From an uncultured Nitrospiraceae bacterium (GTDB lineage: Bacteria > Nitrospirota > Thermodesulfovibrionia > Thermodesulfovibrionales > SM23-35), in NCBI GenBank assembly GCA_963727775.1, contig CAVSHB010000003.1:526002-590001 (forward strand): 64,000 nt of DNA, given 5' to 3'. The notes under the pieces were generated by a model. The model was not told where the DNA came from and did no database searches. It saw nothing but the letters and a program-made list of their open reading frames with translations. The translations under genes were made by a program, and so were the position numbers. Each line of letters opens with the position of its first letter. Position 1 is the first letter of the stretch. This document shows, piece by piece, positions 39,811 to 50,053 of this stretch.

Positions 39811-41052
39811 TCAGTCACCTTGTGCACTTGTTTTGTCATCTATCTCGACTACGTGAAAGTGCTTTTTGATCTTTTCAATAAGTACTTCGTCAACTCCTTC
39901 CGTTTTGTCTAGCCCGTAGATGTTACTAGAACGCCAGAAGTGGTCCTGGATTTTATGAGCAGTGCTCTGATTCACGCCTAAGATTTCTAGAAATACGTCG
40001 GAGTCACAACCAACAGGGTCGATCCGCTCGAGTAAGTCTTTACCTTGAAACACATTTTGCAGATTTCTTATCGTTGTAACAGAAAGGTCTAGCCCCGTAG
40101 GCCCAGTAAGAACAGAAAGAGGTTCTAATCTCTTCTCTATACGACCAAGCATATTAACTACATTATTTAGCATATCTCTAAGTTGATCCCCCTGTTCAAC
40201 AGTGTCACTCTTCATTGGCCAAGTTCCCAAGAATTCGCGAAAATCAATGTGGAAGGTATCGCTCAACAAAGTTCCTAATAACGAGTGTTTATAGCTCACC
40301 CTTACATCAAACGTGGTTACCGCGGAGGAATTATTAAAAAGATCCGGTCCTGAGCCGTAGAAAATGTGAAACACTTTGCTAGGTCCGAAGCACTTGATCC
40401 CTTGACTTATAACTGCAGGAGGAGCCTCTTTTCTCCAAGTCAACTCCGGAGTGAACTCGAATTTAACATCCTCCGCGGAGACCGTGCTTATGTTCTCTAT
40501 AACAAGAAAGAGCAAAGTGTGATGTTTAATCGTACAGTCAACGTTTAACAGCGGATTTACTGTTTGAGTTCGAGCTTGGATATCAGAAATCTCATAGTCT
40601 TCCATTGGATGAGATGCAAAGTTAAACCGCTTGTAGTAGCGTTTGGAATGGCGATCCTGATGAGGTCCTCTAAAGCTCTTAGGAATATATATGGCATATG
40701 CAGACCTGCCCACATTTAATGGGATTTGAACTATTTGTACCCCTTCTATCTTAGGAGCTATATTGCCATGCAAAATACTTTCGATCCACTCGCGCGTTAT
40801 GTCCATGTCAGCGACGCCCTGATCAACTGTTAAAGGTAGATGGCCTTGTTCTGCAATGCCATAAATTATAGTGCCGCCGTCAGAGTTCGCAAAAGCAGAA
40901 ACATCTTTTGAAAGCTCACTCATAGCACGGGAATTCCTAGATAAGGCATCACTTTGCTTGTAATCTAAATTGAGGTTTTCTTGAACTTGGTTAGTTATTA
41001 AGTTTTCAAGGTCGGATCTATATCTTGGCAATATGTTGCTCATCGTGGTCAA
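39811..41052 (-). CDS. Schlafen/AlbA_2-domain protein; defence candidate
   Basis: ENLNLDYKQ, KDVSAFANSDGGTIIYGI and PHQ..YYKR motifs. Confidence 0.85.
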   Translation of the reverse strand: MTTMSNILPRYRSDLENLITNQVQENLNLDYKQSDALSRNSRAMSELSKDVSAFANSDGGTIIYGIAEQGHLPLTVDQGVADMDITREWIESILHGNIAPKIEGVQIVQIPLNVGRSAYAIYIPKSFRGPHQDRHSKRYYKRFNFASHPMEDYEISDIQARTQTVNPLLNVDCTIKHHTLLFLVIENISTVSAEDVKFEFTPELTWRKEAPPAVISQGIKCFGPSKVFHIFYGSGPDLFNNSSAVTTFDVRVSYKHSLLGTLLSDTFHIDFREFLGTWPMKSDTVEQGDQLRDMLNNVVNMLGRIEKRLEPLSVLTGPTGLDLSVTTIRNLQNVFQGKDLLERIDPVGCDSDVFLEILGVNQSTAHKIQDHFWRSSNIYGLDKTEGVDEVLIEKIKKHFHVVEIDDKTSAQGD

Positions 41053-41601
41053 AAGATTAATTAAAAAAACTATACCATAATGTCGACTCTTCTGAAAATA
41101 GGCACCGGCTCTGACGATTAGTAATACTGAAAGAAAAAAGGCTACTCGGCGTCGGGCTGGATGCTTTTGTTGTACCCGCCTTTAATATTTTATGCTGTTT
41201 CTCTCTGATATGTGCCTCGGCCAATCACACTCTCAATCCTGTTAGCAATTCTTTTTCTAAAATCAGCCAGTTTGTCAGATTCCCAGTCAATGCAGTTATT
41301 GCTGTGGATCGGCTTTCAATTGTAACCACATCGGTGCCCACGCGTGACTTCCCCCAACGTCTTTAACAGGTTGGGTTGCCGTAATGATTCAAGACAGTGT
41401 GGGTCAAATTGAGCGCCGATACCGGATTAAACTTCGAAGCCGATCAACACACCTGCAAGGCAACACAATCAGGACGGGATGAAAGCTGAAGGATTTCATT
41501 ACAAATAAGCAGACAACGTTTCCGTTACAAATAGAGCCCGAATGGTTTGACATATCATTTGCAACGTGTTCGCTTCAGGTGCCTCTTTTTTTAGGCTTAA
41601 A

Positions 41602-42126
41602 TCATTTTTCCAAAGTAATCTTCCAGCCATTGTCAGCGAAAAACTCCTTTAGATTCATATGGGGAACATTAAATTCCCGGCAAACAGCTGGAATCTTGCT
41701 CCCAGACCTCCCACTCTCATTGCTCACAACGGTGAGCGTGGAGTAGTCTTCTACCAAACCAGGGGACTCTCGTTTTTCGATTGCAAGAGAAATCAGCCAA
41801 GGATCAGCTTCGTCGATTTCTTTAACATGACTAATAAGGTCTGGGAACTTTGCGAGTATCTTTTCAACCAGTTGAGTCTGTCTAGCCGTGACTGGATAGA
41901 AATAGGATTTTTTATTCTTTATCCACTGAGCCAAAAAATCTGGCTTAGTCGTTTTTGGACAAAGCTCTACGAATACAAACTCGTGAGATATTATCCTGCG
42001 GGCTGTGAAAAGGTTATCAATCGCCTTCCACATTTCGTCTGGCAATAGACCGAAAGAATAAACACGATTGAGTGTAATAAACACGCTTGAGTCAATACAG
42101 TAAATATTCTGGATGTTATCAAGCAT
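41602..42126 (-). CDS. DUF4411-family PIN-like protein
   Basis: IDSSVFI, ADPWLISLA, VVSNE and KIPAVC motifs. Confidence 0.82.
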   Translation of the reverse strand: MLDNIQNIYCIDSSVFITLNRVYSFGLLPDEMWKAIDNLFTARRIISHEFVFVELCPKTTKPDFLAQWIKNKKSYFYPVTARQTQLVEKILAKFPDLISHVKEIDEADPWLISLAIEKRESPGLVEDYSTLTVVSNESGRSGSKIPAVCREFNVPHMNLKEFFADNGWKITLEK

Positions 42127-43186
42127 ACATTAGATAATTGAGTTTTACCCCTAGAGCATCAGATGCCGTATTGTAGTCGAGCTTGTTGGCCTTTACAGCC
42201 TGTATGACTATGTCGTAGAACAATTGCCCTCGAGAAGTTCGTGCTCGTTCCACTGCTGATGCAGCGCCGCCACCTTTCTTGAGTTTTGGAAGTTTCCTAA
42301 CTTCGGCGAGAAGATCAAAAAATCGATCTCTTGATATGAAGGAGCGCTCTAGGTTTCGCCTGAGAATGACCTCTCTGCTTACTTTCAGTTTGTTGGCGTG
42401 GTAAGTGAGTTCTTCGATAGTTGTCGCCAGAGGAACAGCATCATCTGGAATCAAAAACTTTCCTGCAAAGTTATTGCAAGAAAACTCAAAAGACTGATTT
42501 GCATCTAAGTCATCAGGATAACAAATGCCTGAGCGCTCCTGAGCAATGTGGGCCAATTCGTGGAACAGCGAGAATATTCTAGCTGTATAGGGGTGTCCTG
42601 AGTTAAGAACTATACCGAATGGAAGCGTATCGGCCATACAGAAAGCTTGGACTTCTTCAAGTGGCAAACTGAATTGGAAGACGAGAATTCCAAAAATAGA
42701 TTCAATGCTGTTTCGCCATGTCTTGAATGCCTCGCTCGTATATTTAAAGGACTGTTGGTCGGAAACGGTTATAGCAAGCCGAGACCGAAGTTGCTCTGGC
42801 GAATGGGCTTCTTTTATCCAAGTGTATTTGCTTTCCCAATAATCCTTGCCCATCATGTCAGTAGATAAATCAAGATATTTGCGCGCTCTCCGTATGGCTA
42901 AAAGAGTTTCCTTAGAAAGCCCGGCGCTGGATAACCTCAAGTTCCGAAAATCGGATGGTTTTTGAGTAGCAGGGGGTGCCTTCGGTAAAAAGAACACAGC
43001 GAGTTGTCGCTTGTATTGCTTGGAAATCTCCTCCAGCTTTCCCCAAGGAATGTCATTACTGGAAGTAGTCTCCCATATTGCATACCTTTCTGGTTCTATA
43101 TCAAGACGCCTCGAAATCTCATCAATTGTATAGCCAGCCTCTCGCCTCGCCCATTCGAGAACTTTAGGGTTAATCCTTACGTCCAA
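42119..43186 (-). CDS. XRE-HTH plus ImmA/IrrE zinc metallopeptidase
   Basis: LEWARREAG HTH; FSLFHELAH; CNNFAGKFLIP. Confidence 0.9.
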   Translation of the reverse strand: MDVRINPKVLEWARREAGYTIDEISRRLDIEPERYAIWETTSSNDIPWGKLEEISKQYKRQLAVFFLPKAPPATQKPSDFRNLRLSSAGLSKETLLAIRRARKYLDLSTDMMGKDYWESKYTWIKEAHSPEQLRSRLAITVSDQQSFKYTSEAFKTWRNSIESIFGILVFQFSLPLEEVQAFCMADTLPFGIVLNSGHPYTARIFSLFHELAHIAQERSGICYPDDLDANQSFEFSCNNFAGKFLIPDDAVPLATTIEELTYHANKLKVSREVILRRNLERSFISRDRFFDLLAEVRKLPKLKKGGGAASAVERARTSRGQLFYDIVIQAVKANKLDYNTASDALGVKLNYLMYA

Positions 43187-43310
43187 TTATCTCTCCTATT
43201 GACTACAGTTAAACTCATAAGCGCTTGCGGTCCGGTGATGTACTAACCCAAGTTCGTCTATCCCTCCATTTTGATTAAAAAGCAGGAGTCTTAATGTTTT
43301 GGCATAATGT

Positions 43311-46271
43311 TTACTTCTGTCCACGTACAGAAGGTTCTCGACTTAACTTCATCCGGAGTACTTCAAGGGGCCCGCCAGCCATAACAATTGGCTTTGCCAA
43401 TTCCAGAACGTTTCTGGCGAACTTCTCATCGAGTTCCCGCCTCACGGCATCAGTATCGATTTCGTGCAGTGGCAAGAGTTTCTGGCTGCTCAAAGCATCG
43501 AACAACTTCACAGCTTCTGCAAGTTTCCCGGGCTCAAGCGCTGTTACGTCTAGGACAGGTAGAGATTGTAGTGCTAATTTGCCCACATTACCCCTTCCGG
43601 ATTGTTGCTTATTAGCGTGCCACCAATGCAGGAGCAGACCCAGCGACGTGTTTGCCCATAGAACTAGCGCCTTTTCCTGTGCAACAGATAAAAGACGAAT
43701 TGATAACCATGCGCGACCACCGATAGTTCTGCGAGGTGTGAATTGCATGCCAGTAGACTGACTATTGAACTGAAAGTCACGGTTAAAGTGACAATGTGAA
43801 GCGGTAGCCCAGACTTTTGCCACCTTGAGGTCGACAGATATCTGCTCTTTTGGTGCTGACCCGCGGCGTGGGATGCCTTCACAATCAGCATCAAATGCCA
43901 AGTTCCGCTCACTTTTCGCATTATGAGACCAAAGCACGGGATAAGTAGATGCACTATCCGGCTTTACTGGCGCGATGTCAAACGGCCCTCTTATGTCCCC
44001 GGTCGATGTATTACCATTGATATCTGCGTGGTAGGGGCCGATCTCTCCGATTGCCTCAACCGTTGTAATAGGGATTTCAACCGCTTCCGACGCATTCATA
44101 GTCGGCAACCAGACGCGCTTTTCATTTGCAAGTTGGTATGCGGACTGTGCCAAAGAAAGATCAGCAATTCGAGCCAGGTTCCAACCGCCAGAGGCAGGTA
44201 AGGGAGCATCCAATGCGTGGCCGATCCTCTCATCGCCAAAATGAAGTAGTGTGCCACCCACAGGCCCATCTTCAAGGCGGCGGAGATTCTTCACTTTTGT
44301 CAATCGACGGATTTGTTCCGCGATGCTTGCTCCGACTAGCGGAAATGCAGGGCGCTCATTAAGAATCGCAAACGTGGCCCGAGTGCTACCCGCGTTAGAT
44401 TTGCGACCTACGACTAGGCACTCAGCCATACCTGTATCGGCTGAAAACGACATGTCCTCGCTGCCTGCGCCTGCTATCGAGATTAGCACAAGATTGTTAT
44501 AATTCTTGGCCAGGAGCGTCCGTGAATCCTCCCAAGCTTCACCTGACATAAGACTTAGAGGCATGACAAGAGCCAACACGCCGTCCAGTTTCAGCTTACG
44601 ATCGGCGAGAACAAGAAAGACGGAAGCCTCGCCAGCGTTGCCGTGTGCACTCGTACCTTCTGTCAACCGCCGCATAGCCTTACCCATTAATTGCTGTTCC
44701 TCAGCGCTTGAACTGAAGGCAGCAAACATTGGATTAGGAATGCCAATCTTTTTCCCCTCATGCCCAGTGGCCCGAGTAAACGGCGGATTCATAATCACAA
44801 GGTCAAAGGATGCATGAGGAAGTGAACGCCAAGTTTCCTTCTCCGCCTCACCCATGCCATGGGCAGCCTTGGCAGTAATGGCAACAATATCGAGTTGCCC
44901 CTGCGGATCCAATAAGTCCAATGAGCCGAGAGCCATACCACCGTCCGGTTGCTTGCCGTAAGCTATGGTCAATATAGAGCTCTGCTCATACTTTACGGTT
45001 GGATGCGCACCTGCCAGCATCGATGCAGTCAGGTGTGCTGCTGCTGGCAATACATCGCAACCAATCAAGGCGTTAGCCATCATCTGAGGGTGAATCGCTT
45101 CAGCATCCCCACCACCAAGCTCATGCAGCTGACTCACTCGTTGGTAGGCGGTAGAAAGAAGAGTTCCTGTGCCACATGCAAAGTCCGCAATGCGAAGAGC
45201 CTTAACTTTCTCCGAACTTGACCACGACCCGCCCCCTGGCGGCACATCCGAGTTAATCGCTAATCCAGCCAGTAGAGCAGCTGATGCCGGAGTTGTATAG
45301 TAGGCCGCAAGGAACTTTCGATCAGCAATCAGTCGCTGGAAAACAGCACCGGTCAAATCATGAGACCGCATCAACCGATTCTGTAAAAGCTTATCAGCAG
45401 TTGCACATAGCCCCTCGATAAGCGGCTTACTCTCTGCTGTTGGAATCGCTTCGAGTATTCGACGCGCAATGTCAAATATGGGCCAATAGTTAACTTCAAG
45501 TATCTTTCTCCATTCGGCGAGGATGGTCGACTTACGAAGGCCACCACTTGAGCCTCGCAGTTGTTCGATCGAATTAACGCTTGAGAGTTCGCCTGGCCCA
45601 CCCGCTAGGCTCTCTTGGAACACGAATGCGTCAGCTAGGATGGTTGCAGCCATCCTACGTGTCTGGTCGCTGTCTTCTTGACGCAACTCTTCACTTATTT
45701 TGTGAATCGCACCCGGATGAGCCTTGGCCATTTCTTCTATCAAGCCTGCCGCCTCGCTAACACCGCTTACTAGTTGATTGGCAGCTTCGTCAACGATCTC
45801 GGGTGGAACTGACGCTGACTGTATAAGAATCGACAGGTCGGCGACGCTTCCAGAAATCCAACCAGAACGTGGCCAGCGAGAATAATCAGATAGCTTGCTG
45901 CCAGTATAGACTGCCATTTTTATATCATTAGCTTTTGCCAGTTCACGATGCAAGAAAGTCCCCTGCTTTGTTCGCAGCCTCACTGGCAAACAAACGGCTA
46001 TAGACGATAAGATAGTCCTTCCCGTATCACGCAACTGTAAACCAAGACGCGACACCGCATCGGATTCGACGGTAGTTGCTGGTAAAACTTCAGTTTCGAT
46101 GACGACAGGGGAAACATTTGGTTCCGTGACTAGGATATCGGGCTGACCATGACTGCCCTTCAACATGCTTGTATTTTCTGAGCTGACAGTATTAGAATCC
46201 CGCCAAGCGCGGCGTGTTTGTCTTAGAACCCCAGCTATAGTATCATTGATTGTATGTTCAGTCGTCGCCAT
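43311..46271 (-). CDS. Type IIG-like restriction-modification fusion (nuclease, N6-adenine MTase, TRD)
   Basis: PDIL..IETE nuclease motif; AYYT, DFACGTG and MNPPF MTase motifs. Confidence 0.82.
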   Translation of the reverse strand: MATTEHTINDTIAGVLRQTRRAWRDSNTVSSENTSMLKGSHGQPDILVTEPNVSPVVIETEVLPATTVESDAVSRLGLQLRDTGRTILSSIAVCLPVRLRTKQGTFLHRELAKANDIKMAVYTGSKLSDYSRWPRSGWISGSVADLSILIQSASVPPEIVDEAANQLVSGVSEAAGLIEEMAKAHPGAIHKISEELRQEDSDQTRRMAATILADAFVFQESLAGGPGELSSVNSIEQLRGSSGGLRKSTILAEWRKILEVNYWPIFDIARRILEAIPTAESKPLIEGLCATADKLLQNRLMRSHDLTGAVFQRLIADRKFLAAYYTTPASAALLAGLAINSDVPPGGGSWSSSEKVKALRIADFACGTGTLLSTAYQRVSQLHELGGGDAEAIHPQMMANALIGCDVLPAAAHLTASMLAGAHPTVKYEQSSILTIAYGKQPDGGMALGSLDLLDPQGQLDIVAITAKAAHGMGEAEKETWRSLPHASFDLVIMNPPFTRATGHEGKKIGIPNPMFAAFSSSAEEQQLMGKAMRRLTEGTSAHGNAGEASVFLVLADRKLKLDGVLALVMPLSLMSGEAWEDSRTLLAKNYNNLVLISIAGAGSEDMSFSADTGMAECLVVGRKSNAGSTRATFAILNERPAFPLVGASIAEQIRRLTKVKNLRRLEDGPVGGTLLHFGDERIGHALDAPLPASGGWNLARIADLSLAQSAYQLANEKRVWLPTMNASEAVEIPITTVEAIGEIGPYHADINGNTSTGDIRGPFDIAPVKPDSASTYPVLWSHNAKSERNLAFDADCEGIPRRGSAPKEQISVDLKVAKVWATASHCHFNRDFQFNSQSTGMQFTPRRTIGGRAWLSIRLLSVAQEKALVLWANTSLGLLLHWWHANKQQSGRGNVGKLALQSLPVLDVTALEPGKLAEAVKLFDALSSQKLLPLHEIDTDAVRRELDEKFARNVLELAKPIVMAGGPLEVLRMKLSREPSVRGQK

Positions 46272-46377
46272 GGCTTTCTTTACATTGCTTTATCATACCT
46301 TAACAAGCGAGCTTTCGGTTAAGAGTGTAGTACCACTCCTTTGTTATCGATATCGAGATTAACATAAATTTATTTAT

Positions 46378-46561
46378 AAGCAAAACCACTGACAATGTCA
46401 GTGGTGGGGCGTGGGGGCGAAGGCTCCACACCTTTGGCGAACCGACGAGGTCGGTGAGCCTAATATGGAATTAATGACAACTCCTTAATCAGGCGAGGCG
46501 GAGGACATTGTCCGTAGTCTCGCCGCACTGCAAGCCACCGACAAGGTCGGTGGTAGTTGAC
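46378..46561 (+). mobile_element. 184-bp non-autonomous IS200/IS605-type element, copy 2
   Basis: Identical to 35789-35972; same ATTTATTTAT upstream, different downstream flank. Confidence 0.8.
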
Positions 46562-46939
46562 TAGGCACATCTGCGTGTCTGTGGAGATTATAAAGAGTGG
46601 CTGAGCGTCAGTCAATAAGAAGTAGCGATTTCCGCGCACGGTCTGTCAGCCCTATTTCTTAAATGACTGTGTCCGTTGGAGGATGTTAAGAGAATAGATC
46701 AAAAAAGCGCAACTTCTTCACTAATGATTTCAGCATGTACTCCTCACAATAATCTAGGTGCTTCGAGATTTCAAGTGAGCAAGTCATTTCTGTGACGAAC
46801 ACCTTACAATCCGCACTTTTCAAAAGCTTCCCAATAGTGTAAGTTATTATCGATATCTACTATAGGAGGATGGCATGCAGATAACTCGCTCACGGGAAAG
46901 TAGGGCTCTGTTCCTGACATGTCTTAAGGTGCTGAAATA

Positions 46940-47695
46940 ATGGCGAAGGTCTTAGGAGAAACAGCACGATATGTAACGAAGCAGTCAGTCAAGAAACTGC
47001 AGAAGGTGTTCAGCTTTATTTTTCTTGTTATTTCTGGAACGGCTTTTGCCACCGGTTACTTAATAGGTGTGAAGAATACATTACTTGGAGTAATTCTGTC
47101 GGTCATGTTTGTTATTGTAGTTCCTTTTATTATAAAACGTGTCAACAGAACGATTGACGAATTGGAGACCGAGAGAATTAATTTCCGCAAAGGCGCAGTT
47201 GGTGAGGCCGTGATCGGATATATACTGGGAACCTTTCCAGACGAGTATCGTGTAATCCATGATTTGAGCACTCCCTTTGGAAATATTGATCACGTGGTTG
47301 TTGGACCCCGTGGCGCCTATGTAGTTGATACGAAGAATTGGAGAGGTGTTGTTACCGCTGACGGTAACGGAGAACTCCTGTGGAACGGGGAGCCCACAAA
47401 TAAGCATGAGGTCAAAAACCTCACTCGTACTATTATGAGCATTAAGGAAAAGATAAAAGTGCTTTGCGAAAAGGACCCTTATGTTCAGGGTGTATTTGCA
47501 TTTCCTTCCGCGCGTGTGGAAGCAAAATGGGGAACAACAGGACATGTCCATTGCATAACAGATGAGGGTCTTTACAAGTACATTGTGGAAAATAAAAAAG
47601 CTACCAAGCTAAGCGAGAAGGAAATAGATTCTGTATCAAGGGCCTTCCTTGCTTTGGCAAAAATGGACAAAGATTTTACTCGGGACAACGGTTGA
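46940..47695 (+). CDS. Membrane-anchored NERD nuclease-related protein
   Basis: Two TM helices; GAVGE..IHDL..NIDHVVVGP.G..VVDTKNW motif. Confidence 0.85.
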   Translation: MAKVLGETARYVTKQSVKKLQKVFSFIFLVISGTAFATGYLIGVKNTLLGVILSVMFVIVVPFIIKRVNRTIDELETERINFRKGAVGEAVIGYILGTFPDEYRVIHDLSTPFGNIDHVVVGPRGAYVVDTKNWRGVVTADGNGELLWNGEPTNKHEVKNLTRTIMSIKEKIKVLCEKDPYVQGVFAFPSARVEAKWGTTGHVHCITDEGLYKYIVENKKATKLSEKEIDSVSRAFLALAKMDKDFTRDNG

Positions 47696-47833
47696 TAGAA
47701 GCCTTAACTACCTAAAGATTTTCGTTTGAACCCCTCATAAAGATAGCAACGTTCAAACCTGTCGACTTCTGTGAGTTACGAACACCCTTGAGTCGTTTCT
47801 CATTCTATTATGAATGAGCCATTGAAGCTCTTC

Positions 47834-48238
47834 TTAAAACGGTTCTAAATCAGTGGTATCACGATCGTCGAGGTCGACATTACCAGCCGCGGCGGCTGCT
47901 ACCTCTCCTTCTCCCCGACGCGACGACAGGAACCTGACGGACTGCGCAACTACCTCGAACTTGCTCCTCTGCTGACCGTCTTTCTCCCACCTTCTTTCCA
48001 GAAGCCGTCCCTCTACAAGCGCCTGACTACCTTTATTAAGGTATTGACTACACGACTCCGCCTGCTTACCAAAAACAACGGCATCTATAAACAAGGTCTC
48101 CTCTTTCATCTCGTTCCCCTGCTTATACTTTGAGTTCACTGCTAGTCGCAAGGTGCAAACAGGCGTTCCCTGTGGGGTGTATCTGAGCTCCGTATCCTTT
48201 GTAAGGTTGCCAATGAGTATTACTTTGTTGAATGACAT
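47834..48238 (-). CDS. ssb: Single-stranded DNA-binding protein
   Basis: FNKVILIGNL..ELRYTP, VEGRL, acidic tail DLEPF. Confidence 0.95.
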   Translation of the reverse strand: MSFNKVILIGNLTKDTELRYTPQGTPVCTLRLAVNSKYKQGNEMKEETLFIDAVVFGKQAESCSQYLNKGSQALVEGRLLERRWEKDGQQRSKFEVVAQSVRFLSSRRGEGEVAAAAAGNVDLDDRDTTDLEPF

Positions 48239-48461
48239 CTATATACCTCCTGTTTAAGTCACTAAATAATCTCTACTCGTTTTACCTTGGTCGCAGCTAT
48301 GAGCTTATCTACCTGCATAGCCGTCAGGGCTTCGCTCAGGATCGCAAAATGACAAACATTTCCTCACAAGACTTCAGGCGCTGATTTCTGAAGAAGAGAA
48401 AGACGTATTCTAATTTCACTTGGCGTAGAGCAATACGTTTTTATGCCGAAAATAGAACGTA

Positions 48462-48731
48462 TTACCGGGTGCCTCCCGTAACCGCCTTTTCCTGCTTTAC
48501 CCGTTCATGCAGCCATACCTTGATCAGTGCTCCCCGGTCAACGCCTATCTTTCGCCTTATATCGTCTATCTCACTGACGAGAGCTTCCGACATATCGATC
48601 GTAATACGCACCTTTTTACCATGACGGTTAATCTCCGCCTTTGACATATCTATAAGTCCATGTATATCCTCGCCGGCGTCGAACCTGCGGTCAAACTCCT
48701 CCGCGCTTTCAGCCAGTCTTTTCTTCTTCAT
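48462..48731 (-). CDS. brnA: BrnA/CopG-like antitoxin
   Basis: AEEFDRRFDAGEDI..RITID..ALIKVWL motif; overlaps brnT. Confidence 0.78.
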   Translation of the reverse strand: MKKKRLAESAEEFDRRFDAGEDIHGLIDMSKAEINRHGKKVRITIDMSEALVSEIDDIRRKIGVDRGALIKVWLHERVKQEKAVTGGTR

Positions 48732-48981
48732 ACAATATCTCCTCCTTCCTTCTCGCCCTTCTGACGGAAATAATACGGATTTTACCCTTTCTTACGGTAT
48801 AGACTGCGGCCCATATTTTATCGTTAAGTTCTGCAATAATAATCCATCGGTTTTCAACCGGATGGTGCGCATGAATTTCAATACGATTCTCATCAAGCCA
48901 CAACCCTTTAGCCATTTCGAAATCTATCCCATGCTTCAGGCTGTTTGATCTGCCCTTTTCCTCATCCCATTCAAATTGCAT
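48709..48981 (-). CDS. brnT: BrnT toxin
   Basis: FEWDEEK..N..KHGIDF and IRIISVRRAR motifs. Confidence 0.92.
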   Translation of the reverse strand: MQFEWDEEKGRSNSLKHGIDFEMAKGLWLDENRIEIHAHHPVENRWIIIAELNDKIWAAVYTVRKGKIRIISVRRARRKEEILYEEEKTG

Positions 48982-49531
48982 ATATGTAATTATACAGTAT
49001 TTGTCCAATAATTGAACAGAATCTGCTCACAATCATTTTTCCGGAGAAAAAAAGCCAATTCATGTCGTACACGTAGCAATGAGAATATACAGAAATGTTT
49101 TTCGACCGGCCGGGCGCGCACGAACGAGAAAGGCGGGAAGGAAAAGAAAGGGAGCCTATAATGTAAAGCGAAAGAGGCTTAGCCTCTGGGACATGGTTTT
49201 GTGGCCAATAAAAAGGCCGGCTTTCAACTCACCCGACCTTTGTTCGATTTCGATTGCTGACTGATCTCTTAGTCAGACTTATTGTGGTAATACCAAGTAA
49301 TTTATTATTACATCTCCATAAAAAAATGCAAGACGTTTTTTATGCCTCGGCTTAACACAGACGTCTCAGACTGATTTTTCCGAGTGAGATATCTCATCCA
49401 CCTTCTACACAACATCAAGATCTCGCCCGTTCTGTTGATTCCCGGCAACTGCGACATGGTAGGTATTCCACATCCTTTGGTGACATTTTGATGACGAACT
49501 ATTTGTCTATGGGTTCTCATTATTTGCATGT

Positions 49532-49560
49532 TTGACAAGTGGACAATTGAGTGCTACAAT
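49532..49560 (+). promoter_or_regulatory. Sigma70-type promoter of the xre-RES operon
   Basis: TTGACA-N17-TACAAT. Confidence 0.7.
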
Positions 49561-49594
49561 ACAGTCAAATGACCGTATTAGAGGAGGTCCAATT

Positions 49595-50053
49595 ATGAAA
49601 AGCGCTGTGTTCGGAGAAGAGACACTAAAGAAAAAGGTTCTGTCTGTAATCAGCACAAAGACGGCTCCAAAGGGAAGCGGGGTGACTGTCACTATTCGTA
49701 CTTTTGTGAAGAAGGGCTTCCCTTTTCAGGCCGGAATTAACGTTAAGGCTCTGCTTGGACTTTCGGATAAGGAGATTGCCGAAACAATAGGGACCAGCGA
49801 AAAGACCCTGCAAAGAATGCGGAAGAAAAGGGCCCCTTTTTCAATGGTGGAGAGTGACCGGCTTTACCGTATGGCCCGCATATTTGCCCTTGCAAGTCAT
49901 GTAATGGGGGGCGATGATCTTGCCAGGCAGTGGCTGCGCGAGCCCCAGTATGGACTTGGCGAAGAAATCCCGATAGAAGTGATGAAGACTGAAGAAGGAG
50001 CAAAGGAAGTCGAGGAGCTTCTCTATCGAATTGAGTATGGGGTTCTTGCATGA
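49595..50053 (+). CDS. Xre/MbcA/ParS antitoxin
   Basis: ESDRLYR.AR..ARQWL..P..LG..P..LL.RIEYG motif. Confidence 0.9.
   Translation: MKSAVFGEETLKKKVLSVISTKTAPKGSGVTVTIRTFVKKGFPFQAGINVKALLGLSDKEIAETIGTSEKTLQRMRKKRAPFSMVESDRLYRMARIFALASHVMGGDDLARQWLREPQYGLGEEIPIEVMKTEEGAKEVEELLYRIEYGVLA

Noticed and set aside
35789..46561. Composite transposon bracketed by the two 184-bp copies
   Set aside because: Each copy has its own upstream target-like motif, so independent insertions explain them; there is no evidence of co-mobilisation.
47834..48238. ssb as a marker of return to the core chromosome (rpsF-ssb-rpsR)
   Set aside because: No ribosomal protein genes flank it; the neighbours are TA and NERD genes.
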